From: an uncultured Chloroflexia bacterium
GTDB taxonomy: Bacteria > Chloroflexota > UBA6077 > JACCZL01
NCBI GenBank assembly: GCA_963765765.1
Contig: CAVXYC010000014.1
Location: forward strand, 256,001-320,000
Direction of reading: 5' to 3'
DNA: 64,000 nt
This document shows positions 56,351-64,000 of the stretch, in pieces. Position 1 is the first letter of the stretch. Every line of letters begins with the position of its first letter. The notes under the pieces are model-generated. The model did no database searches. It was not told the DNA's origin and saw nothing but the letters and a program-made list of their open reading frames with translations. The position numbers and the translations under genes are program-made.

Positions 56351-56596
56351 ATGGCAGTACTACGTATTCTTTCCCGACTCGGTGACTCAAGACTGGAGTG
56401 GGACGCCGACGCTGTCGCGCAAGGAGATGCCGAGGCAATGGCGGCCGTCCAGGAAGCTGAGCGTATCTTCGCGACAGAGCGATCGCGAGGATCCGTTGCT
56501 TTCCGAATTTTCCACGGGCGCCCCGCACAGCGCATGGACAGTTTCGACCCGGCAGCCGATGACGTCGTCATTGTCCCGCGAGTCGCGGGCGGCTGA
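56351..56596 (+). CDS. 81-aa protein with ubiquitin/MoaD-like C-terminal VAGG
   Basis: AAGGAG RBS; ends DDVVIVPRVAGG-stop. Confidence 0.8.
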   Translation: MAVLRILSRLGDSRLEWDADAVAQGDAEAMAAVQEAERIFATERSRGSVAFRIFHGRPAQRMDSFDPAADDVVIVPRVAGG

Positions 56597-56599
56597 GAG

Positions 56600-57079
56600 A
56601 TGCCCGGTTTCACGTTCGACCTGACAATCGTCCTCGTCATCGGTCTGGTCGGCGCGATGCTGTTCCTGCCTCCATTCGTCGCATCGCGGATTGAGGCAGG
56701 ACGGCGGGCTAAAGTTGATTGGTCCAAGGCTCAATACCGCGCTGAGATGCTGCTCGAGGAGCTGTTGACGGCGTCGGAGTACCAACAGCTCAACCAGCGT
56801 CGCTATCTCGAGGTGGTAAGCCCTTCCAATCCGGAGCGGGCCTATCGGCTACCGAGAGGACCTGGGCGCGTCGCCGTCTTTGAGCGGGGCGTTCACATCG
56901 AGAATCTGTGTGTCCAGCCTGTCGATCAGGTTCCTGAGGGGGACGTTATTCTGACGCACAAGCTCATGATCGAGGGAAGCGAGCAGGAGTACCTTCGCCT
57001 GGCGGTCCACTTTGAGCCCCGTCCACGCATCCCCATGCGTCGGGACAGCGTCGTTAGCTGGTCGGTTTGGCACGACTAG
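56600..57079 (+). CDS. Membrane-anchored hypothetical protein with a single Cys (LCVQP)
   Basis: N-terminal TM helix; starts 3 nt after the upstream stop. Confidence 0.8.
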   Translation: MPGFTFDLTIVLVIGLVGAMLFLPPFVASRIEAGRRAKVDWSKAQYRAEMLLEELLTASEYQQLNQRRYLEVVSPSNPERAYRLPRGPGRVAVFERGVHIENLCVQPVDQVPEGDVILTHKLMIEGSEQEYLRLAVHFEPRPRIPMRRDSVVSWSVWHD

Positions 57080-57370
57080 TGCTGCGCGTAGCTTCCTCCG
57101 CCTAGCCGGATGCGGGATTCTGCCGTTCCTACTCAGCCGCCAGTGGGAAGTGTGTGAGGGCCTATTCAATGGTGGCCAGTCGGTCAACCTGGATGGTCAG
57201 TGTAGCTCGGCAATCGGTCAGCTCAGCACGGTGGGAGCTCAACAGAACTGGGGCACCGGATCGCGGACCGTTCAGTGCCGAGGAATGATTGACCCGGAAG
57301 GCTGCCGTTCATGATGCCTGAACACCCGCTGCTCCAACTCCTGTGCCCGGCGTAGAATCGCGAGCGGTTC
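57080..57370 (-). pseudogene. Decayed copy of the SPFH gene 3' end
   Basis: LAILRRAQEL vs LAILRRAQET; DNA similar to about 57900-58385 with deletions. Confidence 0.7.
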
Positions 57371-57415
57371 GGCCGATGGCGTGGTCATTGCCCGCGAGTC
57401 GCGGGCGGCTGAGAG

Positions 57416-57900
57416 ATGCCCGGTTTCACGTTCGACCTGACAATCGTCCTCGTCATCGGTCTGGTCGGCGCGATGCTGTTCCTGCCTCCATTCGTCGCAT
57501 CGCGGATTGAGGCAGGACGGCGGGCTAAAGTTGATTGGTCCAAGGCTCAATGCCGCGCTGAGATGCTGCTCGAGGAGCTGTTGACGGCGTCGGAGTACCA
57601 GCAGCTCGACCAGCGTCGCTACCTCGAGGTGGTAAGTCCCTCCAATCCGGAGCGAGCCTATCGGCTGCAGCGCATCACTGGGCGAGTCGCCGTCTTCGAG
57701 CGGGCATCCACACCGAAGATCCTGTGTTGTGCCTGCCTGTCGAGCGGATTCCTGATGGCGACATCATTCTGACGCACAAGCTCATGATCGAGGGAAGCGA
57801 GCAGGAGTACCTTCCGCCTGGCGGTCCATTTTGAGCCCCGTCCACACGTTCCCATCCGTCGGGACAACGTTCTCAATTAGTCGATTCGGCACGACCAGAG
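57416..57900 (+). pseudogene. Frameshifted duplicate of 56600-57079
   Basis: First ~80 codons nearly identical, then indels. Confidence 0.8.
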
Positions 57901-59154
57901 CTGGTCGTAGCTTCCTCCGCGGTGTCGGATGCGAGCTCCCTGTGGTCCTGTTCGTTGACGCGGACTTCGTCCGTTGCAGGAATGCCCATTTGTTGAGTGT
58001 TCGCCAGACGCGGCGGGTCTGAGCTCGCCCATCATAAGCGCGCGGGCGATGTCAGTGGCGTTGCCTACTTGCAGCAACGCTCGCGTATTGCCCGCCAGCG
58101 CACGAGCGACTTGGAGCTGCTCCCCCTGCCATTCCCACTCAGCCGCTCGTGGGAATTGAGCGAGCGCCGATTCCAGGGCGGCCAGTCGGTCCACCTGTGC
58201 GGCAAGGTCCAGCTCGGCAATCCGGCGCCGGCCTTCTGCCTGCTCGAGTTGGATTCCTGCCGCGTCGGTCTCTCGCTCCACCTTAGCTCGCGTATCCTGT
58301 CGCGCAAGAGCTTCCGCGTTGGCCTGCCGATATTGCGCGAGCGCCTGCTGCTCGGTCTCCTGTGCCCGGCGCAAAATGGCGAGCTGGCGCGCCTCTTCGG
58401 ATGCCAGGAAGTCGGCGGGCGGCCTTGCGCCAATGATGTTGATCTTTGAGATTGTCACGCCGTAGGGCTCAGCCCCGGCAGTCAGCATCGCGCGCAGATC
58501 ATCAGTCTGCCAGGCCGAGAGATCATTGATCTGGTTCCAGCTAATCTGGCGAAGCATTGCTCGAAGGGCGTGCTGCGACACCGCTTGAAGAACCTGATCG
58601 AAGTCACTCGCTGAGATGCTGAAGACAAATTTATAGGGATCCGTGATTGTGAACGTGGTCAGCGCATCGAGCGAAGCGCGAACGTTGTCCTGTGTCGGCG
58701 CGTCGCCGATCGGCACCTCAAACGGAATTTCGCGGCGCGTGACAAAGTGTGAAACGCGAATCCCAGGGCGAATAAAGTGCGTCCCCGCCCCTATGGTCTT
58801 CAAGTAGTGGCCGCGACTCGAGAGCAGAGCGCACACCCCTTCGGGTACTGTGATCAGGACTGCGCGATTGACAGCCAGGAAAAGAAGGGCCAGTCCAATG
58901 CCAAACCCAGCCAGGGACAGCCAGGGACTGGCGAACCCCGACCACAACAGGATGCCGCCGATGATGGCGCCTGCCGCGATACCAACGATGTCGAACCGGA
59001 TCCTCGCAGGGTTGGTCGGCACCACGACGATCGGGGTTCTTCCACTGTCATCACGGTCCGAAAAGGCCTCGTCTACGCGAGCCATTGGAACGCGAACTTG
59101 AGCGAGCTGCGAGTATTCCTGCACGTGAGGCTCCGTGTTCTGGATTTCGGGCAT
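57877..59154 (-). CDS. SPFH/band-7 domain membrane protein
   Basis: Two TM segments, VPEG...G.Y.KT..AGTHF, TQDNV, YGVTI, C-terminal coiled coil. Confidence 0.85.
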   Translation of the reverse strand: MPEIQNTEPHVQEYSQLAQVRVPMARVDEAFSDRDDSGRTPIVVVPTNPARIRFDIVGIAAGAIIGGILLWSGFASPWLSLAGFGIGLALLFLAVNRAVLITVPEGVCALLSSRGHYLKTIGAGTHFIRPGIRVSHFVTRREIPFEVPIGDAPTQDNVRASLDALTTFTITDPYKFVFSISASDFDQVLQAVSQHALRAMLRQISWNQINDLSAWQTDDLRAMLTAGAEPYGVTISKINIIGARPPADFLASEEARQLAILRRAQETEQQALAQYRQANAEALARQDTRAKVERETDAAGIQLEQAEGRRRIAELDLAAQVDRLAALESALAQFPRAAEWEWQGEQLQVARALAGNTRALLQVGNATDIARALMMGELRPAASGEHSTNGHSCNGRSPRQRTGPQGARIRHRGGSYDQLWSCRID

Positions 59155-59186
59155 CGGACCACGATCCGACGATTAATGGCGGGCGA

Positions 59187-60493
59187 TTATGGTGGTAGCG
59201 GTTGGACACGCCCGTCTGTACCAGACGTGCGTTGAGCAGATTGCGTGTTTCGCGACGCAAGCGGCACTGGCCTCTGTCGTCTGGGAGCTGGCAATGACTC
59301 CCCCGGAAGCAAGCCCGCAGGACGAGCCGGCTCTCCGAAGCGTCCATAGACATACCGATACAGGTCACGACCTACCGCCGCGGCCGGCGCGGCTAGCAGC
59401 AGCCATATCAGCCCAAACTGGCTGAACGCGACGACGACCGTTGCGAGCAGCGCCGGATGCATCGCGACAGCCCGTTGCTCAATGCGCGAACCTAAAAATG
59501 TACCCACGAGCCACTGGACCAGGATGTACAGACCTAGAACCGCAAGTCCGGACTCATTCGAGACTGAGAATCCAGCGATCAACGCCGGGATCACTCCCAG
59601 AATCGGGCCCACCACAGGAATGAGGTGCGAGATGCCCGCAATTAACGCCAGGACGAGCGGGTACGGGATATCGCCACGTTCAGTTTTTCCAGCAGCAGGA
59701 AGCCCGCGAATGTGCCGCTTGCCACGGCGAGCGCCTGCAGCAACAGTCCTCGCAAGTAAGTACCGAAGCTACGGTCGAAGATGCGAACGACTGCCCAGAA
59801 ATCGTCGCGCAGCCAATCGGGCAATACACGGTTGAGCGCCCGCACGCCAGCGCGCTGGTCGGTAAGAACAGATAGCAGCCAGGTGGGTACGGCCAGGAAT
59901 CCCAGCATGAATCCGATCAAATTCAGTAAGCCAAGCGTGCTCGCGATCCCGTAGCTAAGGGCCACCTGTGCGTACACGCCGAAGTTGTCGCGTAAGGCCG
60001 TCGTTCCATTTCGGAGGGCCTCGGCGATGATGGGCTGCAGCGGTTCGGGGAGCCCGCCGAGGAATTCACGTAGCGCAACGAGCCACGATTCCAGCTCGAC
60101 GATTCTCGGTAGCCCGTCTACGAGGTTCGAGACCTGTTCGGCAAGGGGGCGTACCAACACCAGCGCAGAGAACACCAGGGCTATGGCTTCCAGCGCCACG
60201 ACTGTGAGTGCCGCGATGGGACGCGGCATGAATCGATCAAGACCGTTGACCAGCGGCAGAGTGAGGTAGGCGACAACTAATCCGACCTCAAATGGGAGAA
60301 GCGCAAACCAGGATTCCGCCGCGAGCCGACCCACGACCCAGATGGCCAGCGCGACGAGCGCCATCCTCACGATCGCACTCGGTGTGATGGTCTGCAGGCT
60401 TAAGGCCAGCCTTTTCCACGCTGCCCGGCCGCGCGCGGCGTTGGCCGCAAGCGGGCTATCTGCGAGGGGGTCGCTAGCGCTGAGGTCAAACAT
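59187..60493 (-). CDS. AI-2E (PerM) family transporter, frameshift near 59675
   Basis: VAYLTLPLV, YLRG, LIPVVGP, MHPA motifs. Confidence 0.85.
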
Positions 60494-60660
60494 CGCCGCA
60501 AACGTCTCCTGGAATCGCCTGCCGCCTATGCATTCAGCCTAGTGCCTGATGAACCGACGCCAGATAACAGATGCCACCGATCGTTACTGCCATATGGCAC
60601 CCGCGCCACCAACCGCCACGAGTCATGGCGTCAGCGTATGCGTGGCGAAAGAAAATACAG

Positions 60661-61164
60661 TTAAACGTTGAAACCGGGCGCTGGCTTATCGCCTAAGGCG
60701 TTGCGAATCTCGGTCTCTACTTCGTACGGGAGCGAGCACTGGTACACGTGGCCCTTGAATTGATGAATCGATGCGATGACGGCTTCGGTAACCGCGTTAT
60801 CAACCATCAGAAAGAGTGCTGATGTATTGGGCTGAAGCTCCGCGCTGACGTCTTTTACGAGACCATTGTCAACGCCCTGGCCCAGCATTCGCCCGACGAC
60901 TGCGCCACCCGCTGCTCCCGCGGCGATCCCGGCGACTGGGAACAGAAAGCTGACGGCAAGCCCCAGGATTCCGCCGACAGCGGCTCCGCCCTCTACGCCG
61001 CTATCGAGCTCTTTATTGTGATGGAGTTTGCCCTCGCTGTCCTTCTCCAGCACGGCTGTGTCGGTAAATTTGATCAGCCCTTCGTGCTCGAGGCCGCGAA
61101 GCCGTTCAAGTAGCTCGCCCGCGCTGGCCTGTTCGTCAAATGTGATGGCAATGAGATCGCTCAT
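60661..61164 (-). CDS. DUF1269-like membrane protein
   Basis: MSDLIAITFD, glycine zipper, LQPNTSALF; GGAGG RBS. Confidence 0.85.
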   Translation of the reverse strand: MSDLIAITFDEQASAGELLERLRGLEHEGLIKFTDTAVLEKDSEGKLHHNKELDSGVEGGAAVGGILGLAVSFLFPVAGIAAGAAGGAVVGRMLGQGVDNGLVKDVSAELQPNTSALFLMVDNAVTEAVIASIHQFKGHVYQCSLPYEVETEIRNALGDKPAPGFNV

Positions 61165-62008
61165 CCTGGAGCCTCCAAATTAGCAGAGCCCATCGTTCGA
61201 CCTGCCGTGTCACTCATGAACATAGAGGAGATGCGCTCACCGCCACGCCCGCTGCGAGGCGACGCTAGGAATACCCTAAGTCGTCCAAAAAGGTATTCGA
61301 GATGTCAACTGACACTCTCGCTTTGATGTCAGTCGGCACGTCGAGCAGAACGCCTCTCGCCGATGGAAGAGCTACCCGGCTCCGTCGTTGAGCCGCCGAG
61401 CACGCCGATGGATTGCTCAACTGAGTGTTTGGACTACGAAGGAATGTACCTAGAGTTACGGTGCTCCCTGGCATCGGGCCCGGTACTGCGGGGTGGAATT
61501 GCATCTGGCGCCACAGTCTCACTGCAGTGACGGACGCGTAGCGTGACTCCAGGCGGCGCTGGATACCCGAAGTAACGAACCTGCGGGAGGCGGACCCTGC
61601 CGAGACCGGGCAGGCAGCTGCGCCGTCGCCCACCGTACCGGGCGTCGCCCCACGATCCCCCGCGGTGTCGGCCCCGGTGCAAATCCCGCGTGGCGCGGGC
61701 TTCCCTGACGATCGCAGGTGCATGACCGCACGCCAATGAAGATGACATTGCCCGTTGGTGCGCGTTAGGGCGGTCGAGCGCCCGATTTCGAGGGCGAATG
61801 GAAGTGGCGTCGCTCCGGGCGCCTGATCAAAATGTCTTTTACTTCCACACCGCGTGCCGACAGCCCCCGAGGAGCTGTTCTAGGCCGCTTTTCGCTCAGT
61901 GGGCCAGGTCGCGCGAAATTTGGGCCGATCTTCAGCAGAGAACGTCGCTGCGCGAGTCATCCATTGCCCAATTCATAAGAGCGTAGCCGACTGGCATGGC
62001 CACCGGAG

Positions 62009-62045
62009 AACAAAAACGGCCCCCGCGCAGGAGTCCGGGGGCCGT
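62009..62045 (-). terminator. Rho-independent terminator
   Basis: ACGGCCCCCG / CGGGGGCCGT stem followed by a T-run on the minus strand. Confidence 0.7.
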
Positions 62046-62118
62046 GTGTGAAGGGGTGCATCAGAGTCCGGAAACCCGTACGTCCCCGAGACGCGCCAGG
62101 CTCCTGGACCGCTATGCA

Positions 62119-62385
62119 CTAACGCTTCGTCGTTGCAGAACCCATGCCAGCCGCCTGCAGAGATGCTCCTCTGATCAGCCCGCGGTCAGCCCCTCGGATG
62201 TTTGGTCGACGATCCAAATCGATGAAGAGCGGCGTGGGTGCGGGCTCGTTGTCCGTGGCCAGGACGTAGGGCGTGGCGTTGAATACGATGCGCGTCCCGC
62301 CGGTGGTGTTCGGCAGCGCCCAGGCGACATTCTCCATATCGACCAGCACGGGGTTGCCGTCTCGTGTCACTTCTTTCAGCATCAA
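62119..62385 (-). CDS. Small hypothetical protein
   Basis: GGGAG RBS, beta-rich N-terminus, terminator downstream. Confidence 0.5.
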   Translation of the reverse strand: MMLKEVTRDGNPVLVDMENVAWALPNTTGGTRIVFNATPYVLATDNEPAPTPLFIDLDRRPNIRGADRGLIRGASLQAAGMGSATTKR

Positions 62386-62479
62386 CGACTCCCTCTGTCA
62401 GTACACCGTCATCGCGACGAGCTCGGATGAGGCCGTGTTCCTGACCTATAGATCGCCGCTAAGAACATTTGGGACCGGG

Positions 62480-62740
62480 TCACTCTGGTGTGACTTCGTA
62501 GGTCTCGGAGAAGACCTCGGCCGTCACGAGACCAAATCGCCCACTCTCACCCTTCACAACCCAGTCGCCCTGATGGGCGCGCTCGCTGCCTCGTGATGTC
62601 CGGAGCGTCAGGTGTTGCCCCGACGCACTGCCGCGCACGTGCGGCCGAGCCCACTGCGTGATCTCTTCCTCACATCTGCGGCTACCATCCCACTGGATGG
62701 CATCGATCCGTACCGGCCGATTGCGATAGCTGCGAATCAT
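62480..62740 (-). CDS. PGDYG-like small protein, a type often seen in phages
   Basis: YRNRPVRIDAIQWDG...GDWVVKG..G.F....EVFSETYE. Confidence 0.75.
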   Translation of the reverse strand: MIRSYRNRPVRIDAIQWDGSRRCEEEITQWARPHVRGSASGQHLTLRTSRGSERAHQGDWVVKGESGRFGLVTAEVFSETYEVTPE

Positions 62741-62826
62741 GCTGCGCTCCAATCCCGCTCTGCGATGTGCCCGCACGCCTTCGTCTCAGCGGTGAGACGG
62801 ATGCGCGGTCATCTGTGCTCCATTCA

Positions 62827-63018
62827 TCAACGCTGGGCGTACCGTGGTGAGGGCCCTTTTGCAACGCGAATGTCCTCGATTATTCTCGCACTGGCTCCGG
62901 TCAGTTCGGCACTCGTCGCTCGCAATGCTTGCGCTGTGCCGGACATCCGGCGCGACTCGTGACAGAGCTCGGCGCTTTTCTCCCTGATGTAGTGCATTCG
63001 TTCTAAATCGGGCTGCAT
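62827..63018 (-). CDS. Small helical hypothetical protein
   Basis: GGAG RBS; co-oriented between neighbours. Confidence 0.4.
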   Translation of the reverse strand: MQPDLERMHYIREKSAELCHESRRMSGTAQALRATSAELTGASARIIEDIRVAKGPSPRYAQR

Positions 63019-63084
63019 CTAGAACACTCCAGCTTGCTCACCGCGCTCACGGCCAAGTTTCCTCCACTTCATCGGGAAGACGCC

Positions 63085-63882
63085 TCACTCATCGCTCCAC
63101 TCGGACCGATAGAGCCCGTGCTCCACGGCCCAGGTGGCCAGGCTCGCGCGGTTGGGCAGCTTGAGCCGGCGGTGAATGCCCTCCAGGTGGTTCGCCACCG
63201 TGCCCGGCACCAGCGTGAGCCGCTTGCCAATCTCCTCGTTGGTCAGGCCCGCCGCCACGAGAGCGGCCACCTCCTGCTGGCGACGGGTGAGTCGGGCGAC
63301 TTGCTGCCCCGCCTCGCGGCGCGCCCGCCGGGCGCTCTCGTGGCTGTACTCCTCCACCAGCTCCGCCCGGTGCACCAACAGGCCGATCCAGGCGCTGACC
63401 GCCTGGATGAAGCGCAGATCGCGCTCCGTGAACTTGTCCGTTTGCGGCGTCGCGACAGCCAACACGCCGCGTCGCTCACCAGCCACGTCCAGGCAGACAT
63501 CGATCTGGCTGCGGATGCCGAGCGCCTCCACCACCCCACGCGGTTGCGTCGGGTCCTGATCGGCATGACCGGTGACGTACGCCTCGCCCGTCTGGAAGAC
63601 GCGCGTGAGCGGCCCGGCGTTGGCCAACGGGAACACGTCCAGACCGAGGCCGTGCTGCGTGTGACCCAGGGGCGTGTCACTCGTGCCCAGTGCGACCAAA
63701 CTCTCCTTTTCGGCCTCGTAGAGGAACACATCCACCTTCTCGGCATCCACGGCCTCGCCGACCCAGGTCGACGCCTGATCCAGGGTCGGACGGATTTCGG
63801 GCGCGGTCAAGGCGAGAAGCCGCTCGAGGGTCTCCAGCAACCGATCGTCCAGAGATGAGAGGGAGTCCGAATTGCCGAGCAT
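63085..63882 (-). CDS. GAF-domain LuxR-family regulator
   Basis: GAF (LGIRS...GVL...FTERDLRF) plus LTRRQQEVAALVAAGLTN HTH. Confidence 0.88.
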   Translation of the reverse strand: MLGNSDSLSSLDDRLLETLERLLALTAPEIRPTLDQASTWVGEAVDAEKVDVFLYEAEKESLVALGTSDTPLGHTQHGLGLDVFPLANAGPLTRVFQTGEAYVTGHADQDPTQPRGVVEALGIRSQIDVCLDVAGERRGVLAVATPQTDKFTERDLRFIQAVSAWIGLLVHRAELVEEYSHESARRARREAGQQVARLTRRQQEVAALVAAGLTNEEIGKRLTLVPGTVANHLEGIHRRLKLPNRASLATWAVEHGLYRSEWSDE

Positions 63883-64000
63883 GGCACTTACCTGCCGCGT
63901 ACTGGGCAGGTCTCGTCAGCAAGGACGAAAGAAGTGTTGCCGAGGCTGGTGTTGCCCCGAGTGCCAAGCCCGACGAGCGGGCCGGCGAAACATGCCCGGT

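Noticed and set aside
61265-61990. Overlapping ORFs of 60-150 aa
   Set aside because: No recognisable motifs, RBS or consistent frame

Overview
GC-rich bacterial DNA. Gene content (orphan TctC with an Ala/Pro linker, LLM oxidoreductases, Uma2, DUF4342, MMPL plus AttH, MalT-like regulators) suggests Chloroflexota; this is an inference. Bases 1-40.9 kb are mostly signalling, housekeeping and catabolic genes: a CheB/CheR-PAS/histidine kinase module, clpB, an IclR-led catabolic operon, SDRs, acyl-CoA dehydrogenase, LOG, MMPL and tRNA-Ala(GGC). After the tRNA is an accessory region with three MalT-like STAND/LuxR regulators, an FGE-like gene, membrane-protein genes and gene remnants. Highlights: (1) a glutaredoxin-PDZ selenoprotein missed by the ORF track (in-frame UGA in a UPWC motif plus a SECIS-like hairpin) upstream of clpB; (2) a coupled gene pair encoding an 81-aa protein ending in a ubiquitin/MoaD-like VAGG and a membrane-anchored Cys protein, partly duplicated in tandem; (3) a 17-unit telomere-like (CCCCTAA)n tract; (4) candidate operator motifs and a structured leader RNA. 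About ten otherwise intact genes carry single-base frameshifts, which suggests uncorrected long-read indel errors, so pseudogene calls are tentative. All family assignments come from motif recognition by eye, not database searches.
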